Positions 1 through 9,378 of a DNA stretch of 9,810 bases are shown piece by piece. The notes under the pieces were generated by a model. That model was not told where the DNA came from and made no database searches. It was given only the letters and a program-made list of their open reading frames with translations. Both the position numbers and the translations under genes were made by a program. The DNA is taken from NCBI GenBank assembly GCA_016748015.1, contig JAAOMT010000649.1, positions 25,081 to 34,890 on the forward strand, in the 5' to 3' direction. Position 1 is the stretch's first letter; every line of letters starts with the position of its first letter. Origin of the DNA: Geosiphon pyriformis uo1. Its lineage: Eukaryota; Fungi; Glomeromycota.

Positions 1-884
1 ATTAGTATATATTATTATTATTAGTTTATTCTAATTAAAACAGTTTTACTAAAAAAATTAAAGATATTTAAATTTTTTTTATTAAATAAAAAAATAATAG
101 CAAGTATTTTATCTTTAGTAATTATAGTTAAAAAAATCATATTATAAGTAATTTGGTTGTTATTAAGAGAAAAAAAATTGGTAGATTTAATTATAGCTTT
201 TTTTTCAAAAGTATAATATTAAAATTCTGAGTTTTGTAAAAACCAAGATAAACAGCTTGGTTAAAATATCTATTTAATAGTACTTAAAGTGGTAAATTAC
301 TGTAATTTATACTCATAATAATATAAATATAAATTAAAATTGATTTTTTTTGTTGTTTTTTTATTTTTAATTATAATTGATAATTTAAGATCTTAAATTA
401 ATAAAGTGAAAAGTTTAATACTAAGACAAAGACTACACTATTATTTAAGAATATTAATAATAATTTTGTAATAATTAAGATAAATATTAGAGTTGTTAAT
501 ACTAAGAAAATAAATATTAATATCTTATTAATTATATATATTTTGATTGTACTTAATATTAATTTTCTTAATATTAATTAAATATTTTTTTCAGCAATTT
601 CTAATAATATGTTCTAATTTTTAACAATATATTCTAATTTTTAACAATAGTAATAGTTATGAAGATTTTGTTTTTATAATTTTTTTTATTTTTAATAATA
701 TTATTATTATTAATACTATGGACTGCTGTTATTTTTTTAGTATTGTAAAAACTAATATGTTTTTAAATTTTTAACAAAAAATTCTTAGTTAATTTTTTAC
801 TTAATTAAATAAGCTTTATATTAATATTAAAAATTTGGGTATGATTAACTTTTTGTTTAACCAATTTAAAATTATAAATAAGTA
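1..884. other. Extremely AT-rich, CpG-free non-coding or heavily mutated DNA
   Basis: No ORFs in the track, many A/T homopolymers, and no CG dinucleotide seen by eye before position 1070. Confidence 0.7.
606..649. repeat. 20-bp tandem duplication (about 2.2 copies)
   Basis: AATATGTTCTAATTTTTAAC (606-625) and AATATATTCTAATTTTTAAC (626-645) plus AATA. A diverged third copy lies at about 754-777. Confidence 0.75.
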
Positions 885-937
885 TTAGGGCTAGGGTCAA
901 GATTAGGGTTAAGATCAGGTGTAAAGGGTTGGATTAG
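885..937 (+). repeat. Degenerate telomeric (TTAGGG)n tract
   Basis: In-register hexamers TTAGGG(885) CTAGGG(891) TCAAGA(897) TTAGGG(903) TTAAGA(909) TCAGGT(915), followed by more decayed AAAGGG/TTGGA/TTAG. Deviations are mostly transitions. Confidence 0.7.
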
Positions 938-1091
938 CATCATAAAACAAAACTAATCATGTGCTAGAGCCTGTGACAATGGCCAATGAGATAAAAATCA
1001 CATGGCTAGACCAAAGATAAAATAATTTAACCAGCTGTCACCAAGTCAAGCCAGATCATGCAAACTAATCGGAATCCAACACTGGCAAACA

Positions 1092-3683
1092 CTAAAAAGT
1101 AAGTTCAGCCAGTTTTTGGGCGATTAAAGTCTTTCTGGCTCTATTAACAACATTGAAAACACTACTATCACGGATAACTATAGCTACCAAGGAGTTGGCA
1201 TAATCCGAAAATGAAGGAGAAATGATATTATGAATGACTTTACATATAAGAAGCCTTTCTGGTAGATTAGGAATCTTAACAATAATACTAAAAAAATCTC
1301 TTTTTCCATGAGAACCAAAAAGCCGAGGCCTTTCAACCCAAGTATTTTTGTTAAGTTGAAAGTTAACCACAGACAGAGGATAGCCTCTAGTCAGCAGCCA
1401 AGCTTTAAATTCCTTAATATGAACCCAGTAACTGGAAAAATCCAAATTATTTCGAATATGATAAATATTTTCACCCTGAATCCAGTTCATAATATATTTT
1501 CTAGGATAAAAAGTCTGAAGATCAGTATATATATGAAGATTACATGGTTTGTTATAAGATTGGACCAAAAATTTAGTAAGATTATCAGACCAGAAAACCG
1601 AAATATTCAAATCTAAAAATATGGCATTATAGTCATTATTATCAGTGCATTCCAAAATAAACATAGAAGGAACAGCAAGAGACTGGTAATACCATATCCA
1701 GGCATTAATATCAAATTTATGAGGTTCATAAATAATGATAATATCATCCAAATAATGATGAACAATAGTGGACCCAAAAGTATTACCCATAGTCATAACA
1801 ATTTTGTGTTCAATAGAAGCACAGAATAAATTCACGATAATGGGAGCAGCTGAAGTACCTATCGTCAGTCCTTTGTGCTAGTGATAAAATGAATCTTCAT
1901 AAAGAACAAAGCTATTCTCAAGAATAAACATCATAAGTTTAACTTTAAAGGTCAACCAAAGATTTTTAAAATTTGAGTGATCAGATAAAAAAAATTTCAG
2001 CCAAGCCCAAATGCACTGATAAAACGTACGAATTTCAATATTGGTATACATATTTTTAATGTCAAATGTAGTAATAGTAACATAACCATGATAATAATTC
2101 GAAATAAGTTTAACAAAACTCATAGAATTATTGAAGACTATTGGATATTTTTTAATGTAGGGTTGCCAACATTTGGCTAACTAATGTGAAGCAGTAGACA
2201 TAATCCAAGAATGATTAAGAGTAATGGGATGAAGAACACAAGAGTTTTTGTGTAATTTCCATAATCTATAAATTTCAAGGAAACGTAATTCAGAATTATG
2301 TAAAGAAAAAAATATTTTTCGCAAGTATTTATGAGTATTTTTATGTTCCCTTAAGTCAGTGCTCATATAAAAATCAGATATATGATCCAAGAGCAATTTA
2401 GAGCAGTGCAAAACATCAGACACATCACAAAGCTTAAAAACTAAAGTGTCAAAAAGTAGCTTAAGCATTTTAGTGTTATAATGAGAATAATTACAAATAG
2501 TGAGATCCATGTTTTTATTTGATAGAACAACAATCAAGTCATGATTTATTAAAAATAATAAAACATCATTAACACATTCAGAGATATTAAAAATACTATT
2601 TCTATAATCTTTAAGTACATTGAAATTATTTAAAATGTAGTCGGATGCAAAGAGTAAATGCTGATTGAAAATTAAGAAGCTTTCTCTTTTCCTTTCAGAG
2701 ATTTTACTATAGGCTTTGAGGATTTGTTTTCTGATGTCTGACCACGTTTAATAGGTCTTAACAAGAAAGGGTTTCGAAATAAGTTGAAAGTTTGAATCTA
2801 ACTTCAAGAAATCTATAACAAAAGAGGGAATAATCACAGAAAAAATATTGTGAACTAATACCTTTGTTGATTTTTTGGCTTTGAGTGGTTGTTTAACTGT
2901 TGTTTTTGAGGCCTTTTTTTTCCCTTTTGATTACCTTGTTTTGCATTTTTCACTTTTTTGTTTGGAAGATTTTTCTTGGCTGGAGATGGATGAATCTTAC
3001 ATTTTGGAGAAGGTTTTGATACTAGAATCTACAAAAACAACCTTATTAGAAAAATATTTTTTCAAAACAGGCTTGTGTGGAATAGAACTAACCACAGTAG
3101 AACCAATGACCAAGTTCTTTAAAGCTCAACAAGTTTTAATGAATGTTTTAAACTCCTTAATTTCTTTATCAAGAATTCTCAGTAAACCACTTTTAGCTTT
3201 ATCAGAAACCAAGTCATCAGTATGAACTTTACTGATTAAACTGGCAACATCCAAATAAACTTTTGAGGGAGATTTATTGATGAGAGCATTATACTTAGCA
3301 ATTTTTGCCAATAGCAGATTTTCACAAGAACGCTTTAAAGCCACACAAACTTCACCAAGCATATTATCAATTATAAGTAAGTCATCAGAAAGAAATTGAG
3401 AAAGATCATAAAGAGGAGTAGGTAGAAAAAATTTTGGGTCACAGTTTGAATTAGCAACAATTTTACATTTCAGATCATCTATCTTATGAAATAGAAAAAG
3501 AACATGATTTTTTTGCTTTAGAATTTGAGGAAATGACATATTATTAAGATTGGAAGAACCAATCTTGAGTGCAAGCTAGTTAGCAAGCTTTTGGACAGCA
3601 ACGAATTCCCTAATGTTCATTAGGGGGATGTCAATGTCCATGTCGTTAGAAGAAATAGTAGATTAAGAAGTAGATTAAGACAT
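1092..3683 (-). pseudogene. Penelope-like element reverse transcriptase, endonuclease-deficient (Coprina/Athena-like), single long ORF inactivated by nonsense mutations
   Basis: Track ORFs 3126-3539, 2181-2537, 1878-2123 and 1092-1835 are all in one frame. Manual read-through from ATG 3683 to TAG 1092 gives 864 codons with internal stops at 3675, 3663, 3576, 3126, 2997, 2931, 2748, 2181 and 1878, and no frameshift. PLE-type motifs occur in order: VHNIFSVIIP..FLKLDSNF (cf. V.NLS..L..LL.KGL.F), IVVLSNKNMDLTI..Y..KMLKLLFD (cf. PADKG), IYRLWKLHK...LHPIT (cf. YGLPKIHK..RPIV), TFDIKNMYTNI (motif A), FILENSFV..FYH*HKGLTIGTSAAPIIVNL (motif B, Q..G.AMG), HYLDDII (YxDD at 1743-1754), IFLDLNI, YNKPCNLHIY and LLTRGYPLSVV (thumb). 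The ORF ends without a GIY-YIG motif. Confidence 0.88.
3657..3680. repeat. 12-bp perfect tandem duplication inside the 5' end of the RT ORF
   Basis: AGTAGATTAAGA x2. On the minus strand it encodes S*ST S*ST (probably ancestral SQST SQST). Confidence 0.7.
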
Positions 3684-3865
3684 GTTTGATAAAAAGTTAG
3701 AGTTTTTGGAGACAAGTATAAGATAAAAGTGCTCAAGTAAAGCAAATGGTTGTCTACACAGAAAATTATTTTTAAAGAGTGTTAATCTAAGTTTGAAAGT
3801 CGATGCATTACAACCACTCTACAAGTAATGCTTATATACTTGCAATCAAACATGAAAATGGGCAA

Positions 3866-6800
3866 TTATGGCAAATCTGTTATGGATTTTTTAACTATGT
3901 TATTGTAAGAACTCTTTTTACAAACCTCATTACTGAATTTTGAAATGGTAATATTAGTAGTAATGAGTATTGAATCAAAAAGATCCTGAATTTCATCAAT
4001 TACCTTTGACTTATATGATAAAAAAACTGGAGCTATAGAACAATATTCAGAATTATCTAACTTCCTAGCTATTACTTCTTGATTATTAAAGCCAGCTTTA
4101 CAATATAGATTGTGATCAATCCAATACATTTTTTTCTATACTTGATGTTCTTTAGAATCTACACAAATTGTACTACTCTTGATAGTATAACCATACCAAT
4201 TACCCATTACTGCATTAATAAATTTTATTGTAGCATTGAAATCGGGCAATCTTTTAGCTCTGGTCTTAAAACCAAAGAGTAACAATACATCTTCTCAAAT
4301 TTTAACAATTTTTTCCCATGATTGCTTGAAAGTCTTAGCCACATCATCACCAGAAAGAATATTCATATCATCTATATCTCTAAAACCTATTGATTGGACA
4401 AGATTATGTACTGCTTCCTATTGTTTTGCTGAATAAAATTTATGCAAATTGACTGAAGATGGATCCATAGATTCATGTGAATTTTCTTATTGCATTTTTT
4501 TTTTGATTTTTTAATTTTTTATAGCTTTTGTTGCATTGAAACCTTGTCTTCTAAAATATGCCAGCTTTCTAAAATGTTGTAAAAATTCAGAATTATTGAA
4601 TTTTTTTACAAAATCTATATTACAAAGCTTAATCCAATCATCATTATTCATACTTCAGTTTTGAATATTATCTTTGCCACTAATATCACCTAAAGCATAT
4701 GTTCTCCATAAATAATGACATTGTAAAGTCATGTTATCAGCAAAAAAGCATATAAGATTTTGCTTAAAAATTTCAGCTTTATTGAGACTAATATCTGAAA
4801 CATTTGCTATTGATTCTGTACCCAAGCTTTTATATTTTTCTCAATATTCTTAATAGTATGAGAAATTTCATTTTTGTTAAATTTTTCAGTATCTTCTGCC
4901 AAAATTAATTCAAGAGTTGCTCCAGTACTAGCAATAAAACTACAAAGAATCTCAGAAAAATATTTGGCCAATAAGCATCTTTCATATTCGACCTCAATAT
5001 AAGTCTATGGCTAGAGATAAATCAAGTATATAACAGTCATTAATTTTATTCCATTTACAATGCCCTTTTATAACAGTTGACAAGTCCCCAGGTTTCAGAG
5101 CAAAAAGTTCAGCATAAATGAGATCATGATTCAGTTCTTTGAAAATGCCAGTTTTTTTACTATTATAGAGAGAAATAATATGATATAGACAATTGCAAAC
5201 TCAATAAAACATTTGTGCAAAAGCTTCAGCATGTACTCTTGTATTAATATTACTTATTTCTATAACTGCATCAAAATGATTGGAAATTTCAAAAAAGATG
5301 CCAGCTTCTACAGTACTTGTATAAACCACACAATTAAGACCACTCCAAGTAGTATTAATATCAGCAAAGTCATCCTGCCATTGCTTTCCATCCATTTGGC
5401 CAAAATAAATTCGTGATAAAATGTGCGAGCCATCTGGTTTTTGTAATTTGGAAGCTTGGTTTGCCAAAGCTTGTGCTTTTTTGCATGAGATCATTGAAAA
5501 AGCAACTCGTTTACCTTTCTAAAGCATCTTAAGACTTCTATGTATAGCTTCTGATTCTTTATTTAAATCATAAAGAATTTTAATAGTCTCATCTTTACAT
5601 GGCTTATATTTGTTATCAAAAATTTTTATATCTCCATCTCGATATTGTTTTAAAAAGTTTAAAGTCAATTTGTTTGCAATTGTATCCATAGAAATAACAT
5701 GAACAGCTGATTTTAATAAATCCTGCATAGTATTTTCAGATTTATATGCATGAACTCTATTAGACATTTGATGTATAATAGCATTATTTTCATCTAAGAT
5801 AACTACATAAAAATGCCTTTCATAGAAATTAAGATAATGAGTACTTTCAACTTGGACAATAATAATGTATAGCTAAATTACCCTTATTTTCCTAATAATG
5901 ACATACATAAAGTTCTGAATTTTGCAATATTTCAACTCTAGCTTTAGTCTTATTGTTAAGAGTTTTACGATATGAAATCTAATTAAAACAAGGCAAATTT
6001 GCTCTATTTTTGGCTAAAAAATCGAGAATTTCTCTTAGTGTTTTTGTTTTGCTACTAGCAACAGATGAGCAAATAAGAGTTGTAGTGAGATTCTCACATA
6101 AGAAATCAGGGTAAGCTTTTGGTGCATCTTTCATTTTCTTTACATTAATGATTTTTTCAGATAATTCAACAAGTGGGTGTGGGTGTTTTACAGCATTGGG
6201 TAATCTTTTAATTAATCCCCACTTAGGCTTTTCTTTTGACTCAACTTTGTTGGATACCTTATTGAAACTAAGGCCCTTGTAATCTGGCTTGTATTGTTTT
6301 TGGCAATAATACTTAAGTATAAAATACTCATTTTTTTGAATAAATCCATAGAGTTGATTCTTATTATATTTAATATCACATATAGGACATTCTTTAACAG
6401 ATTGTGCTTCAAAGTTGATGAATCTCTTCTCAGTTCTTCCAATTTGGAGCCACTTATATTTTGCAATAACTAAATTGGCTTCCTCAACCAAGATATTTTC
6501 ATTATCGATAGGTTGGGATTCTTGTTTTATTGGCTCCTCTGGAAAAAAGATTCATGGCCAGATTTCAGAATAATTCTCTTTAGGTTGAACTAAATAATCC
6601 TCCAGCTTTTGAAATCCATTTTAGACTGAAGAGATTGTGGGTCTTTTAACTCTACTTTCTTTTGTCAATCCAAGTAACTGAAGATTGAAATGTTTTTTGG
6701 GAAGACCAATATCAATGAACTTTGAATAAGGTTCCCTAACTAATTTAATAACTTTTTCTGTAAAACCCTTAAGTTCTCTATAATCCACAAATTGGGCCTG

Positions 6801-7382
6801 AAAATAAATAATATGCCAACTACATTTATTGGCATTCGATGAACTTGTTAATGCAAAAGAATTTAAGAAAGGCATACAGTCTGGTATAAGACTTAATGCA
6901 TCTGCATAAGCGACTAAAATTCAAGACATTAAATCCTCATGAGTAATTTTTTTACTATCTAGAAAAGAAAGTTTAGAATCAGAGGGATCAGGCTTTTGTC
7001 TTGCATCAATATCAATTATTAAATGAAGAGGCCAATTTCCATCAATACATTTATAAGTATTAGGCATTCCATAAACTTTGGTAGAATGATCAATTACTGT
7101 ATAACCTTTTCCTGCCATCCGAATTATATATTGATAATAAATTTCTTCTGATCAATATGCCTCTAAAAGTGCCATATCGTTTCTATCAGTAGAGCTGGCA
7201 TGACCATCTGATGCAAGCCAATATTTATAATATGTATGTCCTCTATAACTAGATTTATAATCAAGATCAGTTAAACTCATGAGAAGCTTTTTTGCTTTAT
7301 TATATTCAGCCAATTTTTGATTTAGGCACTGTTGTTATAATGATTCATGTAGATGTTTTTTTGCTTCACTAGACAGATTCAT
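3866..7382 (-). pseudogene. AEP primase-polymerase (PrimPol-like) + Zn finger + UL9-like superfamily 2 helicase (replication origin-binding protein) fusion, about 1170 codons, disrupted
   Basis: Read-through from ATG 7382 (MNLSSEAKKH...) joins track ORFs 6921-7118, 6621-6875, 5979-6491, 5519-5767, 5201-5494 and 3866-4129 via about 14 in-frame stops and about 3 frameshifts (near 5868, 5005, 4823). AEP motif I is PLHLIIDID (DxD 7005-7013), motif II is KCSWHII (6813-6821) and motif III is FIDIGL..HFNLQLL (D at 6711-6713). CPIC lies at 6378-6389. Helicase motifs: decayed Walker A LICSSVASSKT (about 6045-6075), Ia *ISYRKTL, IIIVQVES, Walker B VVILDE (5789-5797), motif III ISMDT, motif V VYTSTVEAGIFF, motif VI AQMFY*V (cf. 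QM.GRVR). Confidence 0.85.
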
Positions 7383-7567
7383 TTTATTGATTTGTATATG
7401 CACGTTGTTTGATCTGACAAAAAGTATATATAATAATATTTTGTAACTATAATAACTAGTAGATAAATTTTTAAAATAAAAATTAATTATTCTCCATTTT
7501 TTTTCGGAATGCACTTTGCCAAGAAAAAATATAAATTTGATTCACAAGATTATTATATACAATCACG

Positions 7568-7852
7568 ATGGTATTTTATCATTGCCCATATATCTATAGA
7601 ACTGGAAAAATCTGTAGTCGAAGTAGTTATAGATTAGAAGAATGTTATGTTCATTGAAAATCTTCAGTATGTACTCCTTGTAGAGATTGTGGTGAGCTAA
7701 ATAGTTCTATACATAATGCATGCTATAAACATGTAGGCAAATATCAAAGTAGAGAGAATTATCACAGAAAAAAGCAGGATGAATTATGTGCAAAAATTGT
7801 TATGCTTGAGAATCATATATCTGACTTACCCGATTCTAGACATGAAGTATAA
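7568..7852 (+). pseudogene. Small Cys/His-rich (double zinc-finger-like) protein, 94 codons, one internal stop
   Basis: Manual translation: MVFYHCPYIYRTGKICSRSSYRLEECYVH*KSSVCTPCRDCGELNSSIHNACYKHVGKYQSRENYHRKKQDELCAKIVMLENHISDLPDSRHEV*. It shows C-x9-C-x9-C-x2-H and C-x2-C-x10-C-x2-H patterns. TGA at 7655-7657 is a plausible TGG>TGA change. Confidence 0.7.
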
Positions 7853-8025
7853 TTATATACTTGGCATATATCAATAATTTTTTGGATGACCTCTTTGAGT
7901 AAAGCTATATCCTCTTTGATCTCATTGATATTTTCAGCAATCTTATTACATAGAGCTATGGATTCTATAACCTTATTTTGAGAAAAATGACATTTCGTGC
8001 CTGATCAATTTCGTGTCTTACTCAT
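7813..8025 (-). pseudogene. Possible small coiled-coil protein, 70 codons, one internal stop
   Basis: MSKTRN*SGTKCHFSQNKVIESIALCNKIAENINEIKEDIALLKEVIQKIIDICQVYN... with heptad-like I/L periodicity. TGA at 8005-8007 is a plausible CGA>TGA change. No family recognised. Confidence 0.4.
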
Positions 8026-8175
8026 ATCTATTTTCTGATAGAATTACATTAACCACGACCTATTCAATTTTTGGATATAGATATACCAACTTGCAAATAA
8101 TTAATTTTCGATTTGAAAGAATAAGTAGGAATGTATAATCACAATCTATTTATCTAATATATTATCAATACGATC

Positions 8176-9364
8176 ATGATAACTGCCCAAAAAACCCGAA
8201 ACCCCAAAACTAATAGCTTTACCTCTATTTTGGATCAGATCCTAAATAAATATAACCTATCAACTGAATCAAACCCACTTCAATTACGTGCTTATGCCAA
8301 TGAGCTTGGTACTATGCTACCAGATTGGAAGGCTCATAAAGATGTGAAAGAGACTTTCCGTCAGTGCCTATTCAAAGAAAATCAAATAGAAACTCTTGTA
8401 CCAGACAAAAGGGGGAAAAATCTTACTGTCAAGGAAAGAGTTCGATATTGTGCAAAAACTGAAGATGTGTCGGATATTTGGTTACATGCCTTAGATTTAG
8501 CTGTCCCAAAAAATAATACAGATAAGGCGATTGTAGCAGCCAGTTTCTGTCTTTCACAATTTCGTAAAAAATTAGCAGAAGCTGGAGTTGATTCCGAGCA
8601 AATTAATACATATGCCAAATTACCAGATATTACTCAAGCTTTTAATCAGTCGACCTAAAACGCCTAAACACTTTTCCTTAGAAGAGGGGCTTAGAAGACT
8701 TCAGAATATCCATACCACTGAGACTCCCACTCTACAAAATCTTGTAGATGTGATCATGATGTTGAGCATGAGACCTGCTGAAGCAACTACTCTTCGCATT
8801 ATCTATTATAAGCCTGACGAATCAAATCCTCCGGAATGGTATAATTCCGATTACTCTTGGTATTGTACTGGGTATATTAAAAATAAAGGAGAAGCAAAAA
8901 ACAATTCTGAGCCTTGACTGTTTCTATCCATGGAAAAAAATTCAGAACATGCAAGAAAATTGCTTACCTGGATTCAAAATGCAATAGCAATTGGAAAGTT
9001 GCATGATCCTGTCTATAGTATTAATGAAAAACGTAGTACAGGTATATTTAGTAAATTTTTAAAGCCATATGGCATTACAGCTAAAAGATTAAGAAAAATC
9101 AGAGGTAAACATGCTTCTAGAGTTCATGGTGGTCAAAATCCAACTTCACAACATCTCACTTTCCTCAGCAGGATTGCAATGAGGCATAGGATGGATCGTC
9201 ATGATCCTGGAATGTATTATGCCGAGGGTGATACTTCCGATTCTGATCTTGACTCAGATCTAAAGCCTGAACCCGAAACTCAAGCTTTTATAACTAAACC
9301 AATTGATAAAAAGACTTTTACATCTGAAATTAAGGATATCTATGACTTATATGGGAATATCTAG
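8176..9364 (+). pseudogene. Tyrosine recombinase-superfamily protein, protelomerase/telomere-resolvase-like, disrupted
   Basis: ORF 8176-8658 frameshifts near 8641 into the 8588-8917 frame, which continues through TGA 8915-8917 (SEP*LFLSMEKN) into 8930-9364. Candidate catalytic residues occur in order: R in MLSMRPAEATTL (8771), K in CTGYIKNKG (8879), R in KRLRKIRGKHA (9092), H in IAMRH (9185), Y in GMYYA (9215/9218), followed by an acidic tail. The YR assignment is from motif order. The protelomerase subtype is inference. Confidence 0.6.
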
Positions 9365-9378
9365 ATTAGTGCTGTCTC

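Larger units (their letters stand above)
885..3700 (-). mobile_element. Degenerate endonuclease-negative Penelope-like retroelement (telomere-repeat-terminated); 5' boundary uncertain (3684-3865)
   Basis: RT pseudogene, then about 170 nt of relatively GC-richer 3' UTR (921-1091), ending at the TTAGGG-like tract where composition abruptly switches to extreme AT richness. Confidence 0.7.

Noticed and set aside
606-777. CRISPR-like repeat array
   Set aside because: Only two adjacent copies plus one diverged copy, no regular spacers, and a eukaryotic context.
921-1091. Hammerhead ribozyme expected in PLE terminal regions
   Set aside because: No CTGANGA...GAAA core found by eye on the sense strand here or at 3684-3865. 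A decayed copy cannot be excluded without a covariance-model search.
1308-1616. + strand 102-aa ORF
   Set aside because: Antisense shadow of the RT frame with no motifs.
2875-3225. + strand 116-aa Phe/Leu-rich ORF resembling a membrane protein
   Set aside because: Antisense of the Lys-rich linker of the retroelement ORF. The hydrophobicity is a by-product of poly-T.
3657-3680. 12-bp direct repeat as a target-site duplication
   Set aside because: The copies are adjacent and in frame within the ORF start. They do not flank an element.
4236-6466. ORFs 4236-4436(+), 5213-5416(+) and 6212-6466(-)
   Set aside because: Antisense or alternate-frame shadows inside the primase-helicase pseudogene.
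8155-8164. Palindrome TAATATATTA just upstream of the recombinase as a telomere-resolution site
   Set aside because: Only 10 bp, all A/T, and it does not extend. Real tel sites are much longer inverted repeats, so this is expected by chance here.
1092-9364. Alternative genetic code or stop-codon read-through explaining the in-frame stops
   Set aside because: All three stop types occur, at positions of different ancestral residues (Q, W, R), together with frameshifts and decayed catalytic motifs. This indicates pseudogenisation.
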